A stretch of 64,000 bases of DNA from Octopus sinensis (GCF_006345805.1 NC_043021.1:744001-808000); one strand, 5' to 3'; numbered from the stretch's first letter, positions 1 to 13,391 are shown. The notes: a model not told the origin generated them from the letters alone. Made by a program: numbers and translations.

Positions 1-2099
1 GGCTGCTATATCTCGTAGACTGAATAATCATGTGTGGGCTCCCTCAGTGTGTGTGTGTGTGTGTATGGTTGTTGAACCACAAATCAGACAATGTGCAGCA
101 GACTTGTGGCTAGGCCTTTCCAGCTGTGACCATCCTGTCTTTGTGCAGATATTATCCCAGAGCCTTTTTCACTTCAGCCATGTTGTGAAAGGTCCCACAT
201 CCACTGACCTGTTGACAGATGTGCTCTTCAGCAAGTGTCTCCTATTAAGGGCCTTGCTCTCTATTACCTGTCGACTCCTTAATCAGTTCAACATTAAATC
301 AAACAGGTGAAAACTCTTCTATTGAGTTACTGTAAATTGGGGGGGGGAGGGAGACTTCTAGCTTCTTGATTATCATTTATCTTGCCTTACTCCCTTGTCT
401 GTCCCCTTTTAGTTTTCTTATTGTCTGTGACAGTTTAATTCCACACTACTCTGGCTGGATCTGTCCTTGGTCTGTCAGCCGTTGTCAGCCCCAGGTGCTG
501 GTGGCACCGAGCACAATGTAGCTTCATTTAGCTATGATCAGAATGACAATTGGTGGTGTGTGCTAGAAACGGTTAACAACAACCATGACCTTCCCTCTTT
601 TGGAATCTGTTCTGGTTGGAATTTACTTTTCTGCTTCTTCTTAAATGTCTTTTACTCTCAAATGTTCTTCTTGTCTTTTCACTTGAAAACCAAGCTCATC
701 CCTCCTTAGGCCTTGTCCCAGGAATTGGAGCATATACCTGGTCATACATTGATCAAATCTTTCTCTGACTCCCCTTTTCGGGTCCTCATGGAAGGCCTCC
801 TCCACCTGTGTCACTTTTCAGAAATAACTTTGTTGAGAAAGGAATTTCTTTCTGTCTTCTTTTCCTTCACTTGCTTCTTTACATCCAACATTTTCAAAAG
901 ACGGAAGATTCTTCTTGTTGTTGCTGCTGCTTAAACATTTCATTTTATTTTCTTTAATTCAAATTTATTTTCCCAACACCTCTCTCCTCCCCGTCTCTTC
1001 CATTCTGCAACTCGTTTCAACTTGAAACTCTCTCTCACTGGGTTTTTTTTTCTTAATCTTTTATCCAAAATAATCTCAGGCTGTGTTAATGTTATTGAGG
1101 CTGCTTCCTGCTCTTTCTGCGTTTGTCTGAGCCATAAATAACAAAAATGAATGATTAAAGACTAAAGATAGCTGACGATGTCTAAAGACTAAAGATGTCT
1201 TTGATGCTAAGCGATGAAGTGGATTCTGGAATAATCTGAAAGGATTTTGTTTGGAAAATTGAAAGAAAAAAAAAAAAGAAAAATTAATTTGGTGAATTAG
1301 TTATCACTTTGTGACAGACATCTGTTAGCTTAAACAATCAATAATAATAATAATAATGATGATGATGATGAAGTTCTCTCCACACAATGAATAGATACGT
1401 GTGTCCGTGTGTCCCCATATGCACACACTTTTTTTTTTACTCCTGGCCCCAACCTACTCCAATGTACCTGTTCATCTTTACATATCTGTCTTTTACCTTT
1501 TATTTTGGAAACTATTTTTGGCCCCTCCCCTCAAATATTTTCTTTCCTAAATTCTTGATCTTCCAATGTAAATAAATTATTTATTGATTTTTGCTTTTTA
1601 ATTGAAAACTTCCCAAATAACTTGAAATGCTTCTGCAAATGTTTTTATTTTATTTCTGAAAATTTAATCAAGTCGAAGTCCCTCAATAATTTCTCAACAT
1701 ATTCGGTAAAGAATACATTAATTAAAAAAAAAAATGATTAATTTCTAGCAATCACTCCTTGTTCTCATTGTAAACAGTTTTAACAATTTATGAAAACTGT
1801 GTTTGTTACCAGAAATATATTATTTTGTTTTATTTATTCCATGGCATTTGCTGTGCGGTGGTCACCACTGTGACCCCTTCCACCTGTTCATCATCACCAT
1901 CATCTTAACAGTGATTATCCCTCATTGGCATAAATTGGATGGCTCCACAGGGCCACTTTTCTCTCCCTGCATCAATCCTCTGTTCCTAAAGTATGTGTGA
2001 CCTTTGTCCACCACATTCCCTATACAAATGTCCTGTCACCCACGTCACACACACACAAGCGAGTGACTCCTCAGAATTACTCGTCTTTGTACCAACATT

Positions 2100-2700
2100 T
2101 GAAATTACTAACACTTTTCCTGAGTTCAAATTCCACTTAAGTTGGCTCTGCCTTTTATCCTTTCAGGGTAAAAAAAAAAAAACAAGTACCAGTTATGCAC
2201 TGGGGTTGATGTAATCACTTTACTCCCTCCCCCAAAATTTCATGCCTTATTCTTATAATAGAAAGAATTATTATTATTATGGCAGAGCCATTTCCTCACC
2301 GAACAATATGCTTCCTGGCATTTTATCCGTTTTCACATTTTGAGTTCAAATGTCATCAAGGTCAACTTTGCCCTTCATCCTTACATTTACCATTTGAGCA
2401 GTGGGAGGGAAATATAATTGATCCCTTCCCCCTAAATTGCTGGCCTTGTGCAAAAATTTGAAACCATTATTATTACTGTTATTAAGGCAATCAGCTGGCA
2501 GGATCGTTAGCACATTGGGAAAATTGCTTAGCAGTATTTCGCCTGATACTACGTTCTGAGTTCAAATTCCACCAAGGTTGACTTTGGCTTTCATCCTTTC
2601 GGGGTCAATAAAATAAGTACCAGTTAATGTAATTGACTCATCCCCTCCCCCTGAAGTGCTGGCCTTGTGCCAAAATTTGAAAGCATTATTATTATTATTA
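2100..2700 (+). mobile_element. Head-to-tail cluster of ~3 tRNA-derived SINEs (family A, Nin-like central domain)
   Basis: Repeated GAGTTCAAAT B-box followed by ACTTTGCCTTTCATCC...AAGTACCAGTT core and GGCCTTGTGCCAAAATTTGAAA(ATT)n tail; the copy at ~2485-2700 is the best preserved. Confidence 0.8.
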
Positions 2701-3911
2701 TTATTTTTTTTTTTTATTAAAAGAATTTTCAGAAACTCTGCAAGCATTTCTAGTTATTTGGCGAAGAATTGTAAATGAGTGTTTGTTGTTTTTGTGATTT
2801 AAAGATAAACCCTTGTCATCCTGTTACCTATTCTGTCCCCTTTATATCTTAATCATTTCTAATTGACCCTGTTTCCCTGCAGGCCTCCCCCCCTGGCCCT
2901 TCTGTTGCAGCTTCACTCTTCTTTCTCAATCATTTCACCGTTTTACACATCCTTTATTAATTACTGTGTGTGTGTCTACATATTTTTGTATGTGTGTGTC
3001 TAGATATATATTTCTGTATGTATGTATGTATGAGTGTGTGTACATATTTCTGTATGTGTGTGTGTGTACATATTTCTGCAAGTGTGTTTGTGAATATGTG
3101 TGTCTTTGTAAATACCCTTTTCTTCTGTTACTCAGGGGTGGATCAGTGGTCTTTGTCTGCTCTCTCGAAGTACCCTCACTCCCCACAACATTGCACTACA
3201 ACCACCACCATTCCTGGTATTTTAATTGTGATCCCTGGATCATGCTGTATACTCCAGTTTCCTTTCCTGGTTGTACTCATTTCACTTCACTTGTGTTGCT
3301 AATTCCACATGCAAAACCATAAACATTGCACCTGCCCCCCCCCACAATTTGCTTAAAAACCTCCCAAAATTTGTCCTGTCAATCTGGAGATTACTCAACA
3401 TTTGAACCTGTGACCACATGGTCCACAGTGTTTACTACGTTAACCCTTAAGACCTCATTAAGAGCCCTGTCTTGTAATGAGATTCTTTCTCTTCCTTAAA
3501 AATGAATGTAAACAAGATTCGTATGATTTTTGTGATATTCTGTATTTCAAAATTGACTTCTACAGAGTCGCATGTGTGACTGTGCCATACAAGAAGTTAA
3601 GAGATAAAAGTGTGTCTCTTGTTTCAGTAAATAAATATTGTTGTTTGTGTTCTTCTTGTCCTTTATTTCTGCTAATATTTCTGTAAATTTACATTGGTTA
3701 TTATTTCATATCACTGGTCAGTTCAGCTATGGCCATATTTACTCTTAATGACCAGACACTATACACCGATCAACCCCTTTCTATCACTGTAATCCATCTT
3801 CCTTTACAGCCACTGGGGACTAAATATTGCATGACTACTGGTATTTATCACATAATTTATAGAATAAAATTTATTACCTTTTTTATATTGTTGTTTGTTT
3901 TATTTATTTTC

Positions 3912-4121
3912 CGTGCCAGTGGCACGCCCCGTACCGGGGGCACGTAAAAAGCACCCACTACACTATCGGAGTGGTTGTCGTTAGGAAGGGCATCCAGCTG
4001 TAGAAGCTCTGCCAGATCAAGATTGGAGCCTGGTGCAGACATCTGGTTCACCAGTCCTCAGTCAAAATCGTCCAACCCATTCTAGCATGGAAAGCGGACG
4101 TTAAACGATGATGATGATGAT
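3912..4121 (+). mobile_element. SINE or LINE 3' end with RTE-type tail
   Basis: GGCACGTAAAAAGCACCC...AGGAAGGGCATCCAGCTGTAGAA...GCATGGAAAGCGGACGTTAAACGATGATGATGATG; a related degenerate copy lies at ~48620-48900. Confidence 0.6.
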
Positions 4122-4147
4122 TTTAGCAACAGTATTTATTAACATTA

Positions 4148-4267
4148 TTAACCCCTTTGACCTCCTGAACCTTATTTTATGATATACCTGGCATGCCACC
4201 GGTGCTACAGTATAGAGAAAAATTAGCCGTCCACTGCTAAACTGGGGTTACGGGCTCAAAGGGTTAA
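4148..4267. mobile_element. piggyBac-type MITE (~112 bp)
   Basis: TTAA|CCCCTTTGACC ... GGCTCAAAGGG|TTAA: TTAA target duplication and CCC/GGG terminal inverted repeats. Confidence 0.6.
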
Positions 4268-4465
4268 GACGGTCAGCTGGCAGAGTTGTTAAGCATGCTG
4301 GGCAAAATGCTTGCTGGCATTTCGTCTGTCTTAACATTCTGAGTTCAAATTCTGTTGAGGTCGCTTTGCCTTTCATTCTTTCGGGGTTGATGAAATAAGT
4401 ACCAGTTATATACTGGGGTTGATGTAATTGATTATCCTCAGCCCTTGTACCTTTTTATTAGAAAG
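4268..4465 (+). mobile_element. SINE family A copy
   Basis: AGCTGGCAGAG A-box region, GAGTTCAAATTC B-box, TTTGCCTTTCATTCTTTCGGGG...AAGTACCAG core. Confidence 0.75.
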
Positions 4466-4569
4466 AATTCCTAGAATGGTGGGTTTGAGGGGTTTTCTTT
4501 GTTTGAGAAAGAAATGTCTTGTGCTCCACTCCAAAGTAGGGGGAGGGGTCATTTTGGTTGGAGGTGAGC

Positions 4570-4925
4570 ATGAAGTTTGTTTCCCAATCACATGGTTTTG
4601 GGTTGTCTCATGGTGTGGCACCTTGGGCGAGTGTCTTCTACTTCAGCCTCAAACCGACCAAATCATTGTGAGTGAATTTGGTTGATGGAAACTGAAAGAA
4701 GCCTGTCGTGTATGTTTGTGTCTGCTATTTCCCTGTCCACGCCCATCACTTCTTGACATTGGTGTTTAACAAGTGACTTAGTGGTTCAGCAAAAGTGACC
4801 AATACAATAAGTAACAGGCTTCAAAAGAAACTAAAGTATTGGGGTCGATTCATTCAACGAAAATTTTTCAAGGTGCTGCTCCAGCATGGGCGCAGTCAAA
4901 GGACTGAAACAAGTAAAAACATTAA
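4570..4925 (+). mobile_element. tRNA-derived SINE family B copy
   Basis: CACCTTGGGCGAGTGTCTTCTAC...GGAAACTGAAAGAAGCC and tail GCTCCAGCATGGGCGCAGTCAAAGGACTGAAACAAGTAAAA shared with copies at 6008-6436, 32420-32770 and 43505-43845. Confidence 0.75.
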
Positions 4926-5534
4926 AAGAATATTAAAAAAAGAAGGTATTAAAGTTGTGGGGAAGAAGGTTCTGCTCAGACTGCTTCGGTAAGAACCTCA
5001 GAAATGCGATGATAAGTTTCAGGGGATCCTGGTTCGGTGAAGCAGGAGAAAAGGTTTGACAAGAAAACAGTAAGAGTTGAAGGTTAGCCGAGAGCATTGG
5101 AGGTTGTTGCGAAGGCCTCCCGCCCTGAAAACAGATATTTGTCAAAAGAACGCTTTCAAAATCGGTCACCTTTAAGGAGAAGAAATCGATCAGTTATTTC
5201 ATTGATTTTCGAGCCAAAAAATAATTTCTATTTTAACAAATAAAACTTGTGGAAAAGGGAGATAAATGTGTTGGATTAATCGAAATTTCAAGGGAAGTAA
5301 CTGTTTGCAACTGGAATAAAACTGAATTCTAATATCGGTTCAGAAGGCCTGAAATGTTGGTGGAATCGAGTTAAGTCGATTAAATCAGCCTCAGTTGACC
5401 AATTGACCACACGAGAAGGATTAAAAGATTATGAGATGAATTTAGATTAATATTTAAGTATCTCAAGCTACTCAGCATACCCAAATGTCTGAACTGCATC
5501 TATTTATACGTGTGTGTATTTATATATATATATT

Positions 5535-5797
5535 TGTTTCGCCCTTTTCAAGTCTAGCCAGGCTCATGGGCCCAGTTTCCCGGTTTCTGTGGGGTATGTG
5601 TTCCCCCCAGCTTACGCAAGAAACAGAAAGAGAGAGTGAGAGAAAGTTGTGGCGAAAGAGTACAACAGGGAGTCTCCACCACCCCTACCGGAGCCCCGTG
5701 GAGCTTTAGGTGTTTTCGCTCAATGAACACACACAACGCCCGGTCTGGGAATCGAAACTGCGAGTCCGCTGCCCTAACGACTGGGCCATTGCGCATC
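5535..5797 (-). mobile_element. tRNA-derived SINE family C copy (tail type 1)
   Basis: Reverse complement begins GCGCAATGGCCCAGTCGTTAGGGCAGCGGACTCGCAGTTTCGATTCCCAGACCGGGCG, the same head as 9525-9720. Confidence 0.8.
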
Positions 5798-5804
5798 CAC
5801 TATG

Positions 5805-5845
<41 letters not shown>

Positions 5846-6007
5846 TGTGTGTGTTTGTGTGTGTATATATATATACATATATATATGTATATATATACAT
5901 ATATATATGCATATATATGTATATATATATACACACATATATATATGTATATATTATGTATATATATATATACATATGTGTATTATATATATATATATAT
6001 ATTATAT

Positions 6008-6252
6008 ATTCTTTTACTTGTTTCAGTCATTTGACTGTAGCCATGCTTGAGCACCGCTTTAGTCGACCAAATCGACCCCAGTACTTATTCTTTGTAAACC
6101 TATCGGTTTTTTTTTTTTGCTGAACTGCTAAGTAACGGGGACGTAAACACACCAGCATCGGTCGTCACGCGATGTTGGGGGGTGAAATACAGACAGACCC
6201 GTGCGCGCACGCATACACGCGCACACACACACGCGCAGACACACACACACAG

Positions 6253-6284
<32 letters not shown>

Positions 6285-6436
6285 GACGGGCTTTCAGTTT
6301 CTGTCTACCAAATCCACTCACAAGGCTTTAGTCTGCCCGAGGCTATAGTAGAAGACACTTGCCGAAGGTTCCACACAGTGGGACTGAACCCGGACCCATG
6401 TGGTTAGTAAGTTACCACACAGCCACTCCTGCGCCT
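6008..6436 (-). mobile_element. SINE family B copy with internal (CA)n
   Basis: Reverse complement AGGCGCAGGAGTGGCTGTGTGGTAA...GGGTTCAGTCCCACTG head and GACTGAAACAAGTAAAAGAATA tail. Confidence 0.85.
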
Positions 6437-6536
6437 NNNNNNNNNNNNNNNNNNNNNNNNNNNNNNNNNNNNNNNNNNNNNNNNNNNNNNNNNNNNNNNN
6501 NNNNNNNNNNNNNNNNNNNNNNNNNNNNNNNNNNNN
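6437..6536. other. Assembly gap (100 N)
   Basis: Run of exactly 100 N, typical of a scaffold gap of unknown size. Confidence 0.99.
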
Positions 6537-6721
6537 AGCAATAACGATGAAAGGCCAAATTGGAAGAGACGTGGGGATAGGACAAAAGAAACTAAAAGGG
6601 GACGGGTCAGGATGGATGACAAAATGAAAGATTGCAAGAGTAAAAATGAAATAGAATTATCAAGAAGCGAATTATTATTCTTATTAATAATATTATTATT
6701 TAATATTAGAAATTGAAGGGA

Positions 6722-7571
6722 AGGCGGTGAACTGGCAGAATCGTCAGCAGGCTGGACGAAATGCTTAGCGGTGTTTCGCCCGCCGCTACGTTCTGAATTC
6801 AAATTCCGCTGAGGTCGATTTTACCTTCCATCCTTTCTGAATCGATAAATTAAGTACCAGTTGAGTACTGGGGTCGATGTAATCGACTTATCCCCTCCTT
6901 CAAATTTCAGGCCTCGTACCTATAGTAGAAAAGATTATTATTATTAAAGGGAAGGCAATAAGCTGGCAGAATCGTTAGCGCGCCGATCAAATTCCGCCGT
7001 GGTCGACTTTGCCTTTCATCCTCTCGGGGTCGATGAAAGAAGTACCAGTTACGCACTGGGGTCGATGTAATCAACTAGCTCCCTTCCTCGAAACATTTTC
7101 AAGGTCTTGTGCCAAGAGTAGAAATAATAATTTATTATTATTAAAGCAAACTGGCAGAATCGTTAGCACGCCAGGCAAAATGCTTAGCGGCATTTCGTCT
7201 GTCTGTTTTCGGTTCGAATTCCGCTGAGGTCGTTTTTCCCTTTCATCTTTTGGAGGTCGATAAAGTAAATAACAATCAAACATTGAGGTCAATGTAATCG
7301 ACTTAGCCCCATCCCTTCTGCCTATATTAGAAAAGGTTATTATTGAGGCTGCGAAAAGGCAGAATTGTTAGGGAGTCAGAAATCAGTCCTTCTGGCGTCT
7401 CTTCCGACTCATTACGTCTTCAGTTCAAATTTCACCGGCGACCAACTTTGCCTTTCATCTATAAAATAAAGTACCAATCAAGCACCGAGGTCGAAGCAAT
7501 TTACGTATCCCCCCCACTACTCACCCACCCACCACTCACTCAAAATTGCTAACCTTCTGCCAAAATTGTTG

Positions 7572-7575
<4 letters not shown>
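6722..7575 (+). mobile_element. Head-to-tail array of four family-A SINEs separated by (ATT)n
   Basis: GGCAGAATCGT/TGTTAG heads near 6735, 6965, 7153 and 7358, each followed by the CTTTCATC...TACCA core and a tail ending in ATT repeats. Confidence 0.85.
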
Positions 7576-7639
<64 letters not shown>

Positions 7640-8245
7640 GTCTTTGCACAGCTTCTAACTCTGGAGATGTACTACGGTGCCAGCTGTTCACTACCAGTGA
7701 ACTAAGGTAACACCCCTTATTTTTCGAGCACCATCCGGAATATTCGAGCGATTCCAAGCAGTGCTGTTTTCTGCAAGTGCTCCCCCTTATGCAGTCTCTA
7801 TTTATTCCATGTACTTCCCAAGATTTTTACTCACTGTTCCCAGGGCTCCGACAATTATTGGTACTACTACCACCTGTTTTCAGTGACCACAACTGCTTTA
7901 CCTCCCAAGCTAACCTGTCATACCTATCGACTTTTCTTTCTTCCTTATCCTATACCTTGTTTTCAGCTGGGCATGCTATATCTATGATCCAGCATACTTA
8001 ACTTTCTTTCTCAATTAAGACTATGTCTGGCTTCCTATTCTCTATCTCATGGTCGCACTGAATCACAAAATCCCATTGGATCTTTTGCATTATCCTTTTC
8101 GACGATGACCTCGGGTTTATGTTCGTACCAGCTTTTTGTTCTGTCAAGTCCATACTTGTTGCTAAGTGTCCAATGGACAATCCTCGCTATATTGTCATGA
8201 CGTTTCTTATATTCTTTCTGAACTAGTGGCGTACACTGACTGATA
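7640..8245 (-). mobile_element. R4/Dong-clade non-LTR retrotransposon, 5'-truncated 3' end (zinc knuckle + restriction-like endonuclease), frameshifted
   Basis: Minus strand reads KEYKKRHDNIARIVHW, WYEHKP, WDFVIQCDHEIENRKPDIVLIEK, IIDIACPAENK, KVDRYDRLAWEVKQLW and QKTALLGIARIFR; flanked on both sides by (ATT)n/(TAA)n, the known Dong target. Confidence 0.9.
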
Positions 8246-8272
8246 TGATTATTATTATTATTATTATTATTA

Positions 8273-8313
<41 letters not shown>

Positions 8314-9083
8314 TGAAGGTTCATGGTGACAGTAATGATGATGAGGCTAATGAAGGCATTGATAATGACGACCACCACACGGGGCCTGCCTTGCACCCTG
8401 CCATCATATATCATGGAAGGATACAGCGGGGAAGTGAGAGTTATGTAGTTCAAATCCTGTTACTGATTTGGGTCTTTAACCACCTCCGATGCTTCGATGG
8501 TTGTAACATTAAACAGTGCGAAGAGAAGCATTGGAACGTCATAAGAGCGTCGCAGTGGGTCCCTGGCTCGATTCATTTCGGCTCCGTCGACTCAGAAGTC
8601 AAATCCTGACAAGGTCAACTTTGCCTTTCATTCTTTCGGAATCGATAAAGTATGGCTTAAAGGCCGTGGATTAGTAGAATGTTAGAATACCGAGTGCAGA
8701 TGCCTTATAGTTTAAATTCAAATCCCACTTAGGAGCCGATGGCCCGGAATGATTACCTCTTCATGGGAATACCTCGTCACACGGCCAGAATGGGGCAATC
8801 TATACAAGCGGTAATGACAAACCATTAATGGGGAGGAATGGGGTGGAGGCATCTGTGGATCAACAAAGGATGGACAGAAGGGAAGATCAAATATTTTAGC
8901 CGTTGGGATTTATTTATTGTTAACTTTATCTTAATCTATTTGATTAATAATATAATTTCATTATAAATGGAAGCAGGTCTCATGTCTAATTAATATAAAG
9001 GTAGGTTCGATTATTTCCAATGATTTCAACATCAGAATTAAACAGAATTCATTAAATATCGTTAAATGGCAAAAAAATGAGTG

Positions 9084-9165
9084 TTCACTGATGAGTCTGG
9101 AAAGAAACGAGACAGAAGTGTGTGATCACTGATGAGTCAAGACAAAGATGAAACCCTTAGGCCAA
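9084..9165 (+). ncRNA. Two tandem degenerate hammerhead-ribozyme-like motifs
   Basis: CTGATGAGTC at 9088 and 9129; the second is followed by GAT-GAAAC-CCTTAGGCC; stems are imperfect. Confidence 0.4.
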
Positions 9166-9270
9166 TCCCTCGCTCTCACTGGCAGGAATCCCTCCGTCTA
9201 TCCACAGAAGATTGTATTTTTACGATATTATTTACGTATTTAACAACTATACGTACACGTACACACACAT

Positions 9271-9305
<35 letters not shown>

Positions 9306-9328
9306 TATACACACACACATATACATAT

Positions 9329-9386
<58 letters not shown>

Positions 9387-9524
9387 GATATGTGTGTGTG
9401 TGTACACGCGCACGCACACAATCATTAACATAACCATTCACCCCACATTACCAGTACCACCACAACCACCAACATCATCAGTAACACCAGCAGAATGACC
9501 ACCACCACAAACAGCACCACCAAC

Positions 9525-9895
9525 AGGAGGCGCAATGGCCCAATGGTTAGGGCAGCGGACTCGCGGTCGGAGGATCGCTGTTTCGATTCCCAGACCGGGC
9601 GTTGTGTGTGTTTATTGAGCGAAAACACCTGAAGCTCCACGAGGCTCCGGCAGGGGGTTGTGGCGACCCCTGTTGTACTCTTTCGCTCCAACTTTCTCTC
9701 ATTCTTTCTTCTTGTTTCTTGTCCCCGACTTCCTACGCAACCGCTGAGCCTGGAAGCGCATTCATCCGTCCGTCGATGCTCTCGGTGTCGGGGGGTTGAC
9801 CTGCTTTCTCTTCTGCGGGTCTTACGAATAGCAAAGGACCACGTTTCGGACTTCTCCCATCTTGCGAGCTCTGGGACGAAGACCGTTCGCTCAAC
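9525..9895 (+). mobile_element. tRNA-derived SINE family C copy (tail type 2)
   Basis: GGCGCAATGGCCCAATGGTTAGGGCAGCGGACTCGCGGTCGGAGGATCGCTGTTTCGATTCCCAG has A- and B-box-like motifs; ends in (CAA)n. Confidence 0.8.
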
Positions 9896-10533
9896 AGCAA
9901 CAACAACACCAGCACCAACACAAACATCACCAACGCCACCACCAATGCCATTTACACTCGTTCATAATTTTCGCTAAAAATTCCTATAATTTCCTACAAA
10001 ACTTTAATATAAAATTCTTGGTTCCATCATTTCACCCCCATCATCCCACACACCTCTTCCTTCTACCCCCTTCGACTCACTTCTACCACCACCACCACCA
10101 CCACCAAGATCTTCTCCCTTTCTCTCTCCTCCCTTCCTTTTCTTCTCTCTCGCTCAACTACTCCTACTACCCCGCTACATTCATAAACTCCCACACTGCT
10201 CCTACCACCTCCACCACACACTTCTCCGACCACCTTTACCATTATAGCCTGCCTCTACCCCTTCCTCCTATCACATCAATATATATATAGAGAGAGAGGG
10301 AGGGGGGAAGTAGAGTTATCCCCATCTCTTCCAGCCACTACCACCAACACTCAACCTCCTCCCACTCTCTCTTAAAGACACCTCCCACTATTTACTTGGT
10401 AACTCTTTAAACTTCAGTCATAAACCTCTCTCCCCCACTCTCCCCTCTTCCCCTCCTCTTATTCACTCTCTTCGTCATTTTCCTTATCTTTCTGTCTATC
10501 GACATTTCCCCCACACTCACCCTATACTCAAAC

Positions 10534-10573
<40 letters not shown>

Positions 10574-11156
10574 TACATATACACACATATATACATATAT
10601 ATGTGCATATATATATATATATACTCATACACACACACACACACACACACATACATATATATATATAAATTATATATTATATTATTACATATATACTCAT
10701 ACACACCACACATATATATATGTAAATACATATATTTATATACACACAAGTAGACGTAATCAATATACGAGACGCATTTCTATATACACACTGATAATGT
10801 TGTTTAAACATACATGTACTACTACAAAAACGCTAATATACAATATGTACATACATACACACATACATATGTATGTGTGTATGTCTGTAGAGAGAAGGAC
10901 AGACACACACACATACATACGTTCATGTGTGTGCGTGTATAATTACATACAAAAATACAATTTCAGAATAAAAGATAAAATATTTTTTCTTTTCTTGGAA
11001 TAAAATTGGTATATACAATTCCATATGTAAATATGTGTGCATGATTATACATATGCGTGAGTGTTGTGTAATATATATATATATATATGTATGTGTATAT
11101 ATATATAACATATATATATACATATATATTACACACAACACATATATTAATACATA

Positions 11157-11200
<44 letters not shown>

Positions 11201-11416
11201 GTATGTATGTAGTAATGTATGTAAATATGCATGTGTGTGTGTGTGTGTGTGTGTATGACTGTGCCGCGTCGTACATGTAGATGTTTTTATCTAATCCGTC
11301 AAAATGTAATGTATGGACATACATCTTCACGCGTATGCAGAGATGAATGTGTGTATATATGTGTGTGTGTGTCTGTGTCTGTGTATGCATATATATTTAC
11401 ATATATATATATATAT

Positions 11417-11484
<68 letters not shown>

Positions 11485-12061
11485 GTGCACACATACACAC
11501 ATAAGCATATACACTCATATACACACATATCTACATAACATGAAACCTCTCCCTCCTATTAATTCAATTCGCCTCCTCCCCTTCACGCCACTCCTCCTCT
11601 CCTCCTTCCGCCATTGTTGGTTTGACCTTCGACCTCCAATCTCATAGTTACAACCAACTTTGACAGGACTGCAGCACTAACAACAACAACAACAGCAACA
11701 ACAGCAACAAAACCGTTTCATTCTCTCTCCTGAAAATTATTGTTTCATCCTATCATTCATATTAGCACCACTGCCGCCGCCTACACCATTACAACCACCA
11801 CCACCACCATCAGGATGGCCATCACCAATCCCCAAGTTGAACATCACCATCGACAATACGACTGATACAAGCCACCAGCACCACCACCACCACCACGCAC
11901 CATCACTACATCCATCACTATTGTCTGCTAGAAATAACAGCTAAGTTTAACTTGGGGCTAAACAACAATGGTTAAGCTATAAATATTACCAGCAACAAGA
12001 ATTAGATTTACATGGAACTTCGCTAACAGTGTTTCGATGACGTCATACACACACACACACA

Positions 12062-12106
<45 letters not shown>

Positions 12107-12400
12107 GCACACACACACATGTTGAATGAAGGCAGAACGTAAGAACGGAATAGAATTTAAGTTTATTAAAAAGTAGAAGATAGTTTTGGATAGTTTTGGA
12201 TAGTGAAAAGAGGGTCATTAGCGGATTCCCTAAGGAAGGGGACGTGGATTTCAATTTGATAGACTTGTCCAAAGGGACACCTTAATATCGAACCAAAGAA
12301 GGTACCTTGCTGCAGCTGTTAATTGATTGAGTAAAAACGACTTTTATGTTCAATTAACAAGTTTGTTGAATATATCTCAAATTGACATCCATCTGTAGAC

Positions 12401-12492
12401 ATAAGCAGATGTCTATACAGATGTAGCAATAAGCAGATGTCTATACAGATGTAGGAATAAGCAGATGTCTATACAGATGTAGCAATAAGCAG
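12401..12492. repeat. 28-bp minisatellite, 3.3 copies
   Basis: Unit ATAAGCAGATGTCTATACAGATGTAGCA starting at 12401, 12429, 12457 and partially at 12485. Confidence 0.9.
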
Positions 12493-13026
12493 GCGCACGG
12501 ATGCTGGACGCTATGTTTAATAAGTAATATCATTAAGAAATAAATTAATTGCGTTGTGTGTGTGTGTGTGCGTGTGTGTGTGTGTGCGTGCGTGTGTGTG
12601 TGCGTGCGTGTGTGTGTGTACTGCATCTGAATTAAGTAAATGCACATCAATTTTACATCAAAGGACACTAAGACATTTATGCAACAGAAACACGTGTCGG
12701 ATTGGAATTTAATGACAATAATTCTGTCAAGAGATGAATTTTGAAGATGTATAACTCTTTCTTCTTGTGTCGTGGTGTCTTCGTTATATCCTGTGTTTGT
12801 TGTATGAAATCCACTGAAACAAACTCCGGGTTTGCCTATCGGGCGAAGAACCTATAACTGCTTATAATTCTGTATGTTCTCTGTGGCTACAGCGTCGAGC
12901 TTACGATCGTGATGTTGTGAGTTCGATTCCCGGACCGGCCTGCATGTTGTGTTCTTGAGGAAACACTTTAATCTCATGTTGCTCCACTTCACACACCACA
13001 CACACACACACAACAGATATATATAT

Positions 13027-13068
<42 letters not shown>

Positions 13069-13391
13069 AGATATATATATAATATATATGTATATATATG
13101 ATGTATATAATATATAAGTGTATATATAGTATATATATATATATATATATATTATATAGATATATATATATTATATATTATATATATATATGTATATAAT
13201 ATATATATATATATATATATGTAATATATATGTATATATGTGTATCTATATATATATTAATATATATATAGTCTATTGTATAATATATATATGTATATAT
13301 GTGTATATATGTGTATGTTTATATATATATATATTATATATATATATTATATCTATATATATTAGAAAGTTAATTATTATGGCCAGTCATA

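Noticed and set aside
1-1140. Purine-rich minus-strand tract with a CLICGS motif, possible decayed gag
   Set aside because: Stops in all frames and the zinc knuckle is incomplete; no family can be supported.
12401-12492. 28-bp direct repeats of CRISPR-like length
   Set aside because: Repeats are directly adjacent with no unique spacers, the context is eukaryotic and there are no cas genes.
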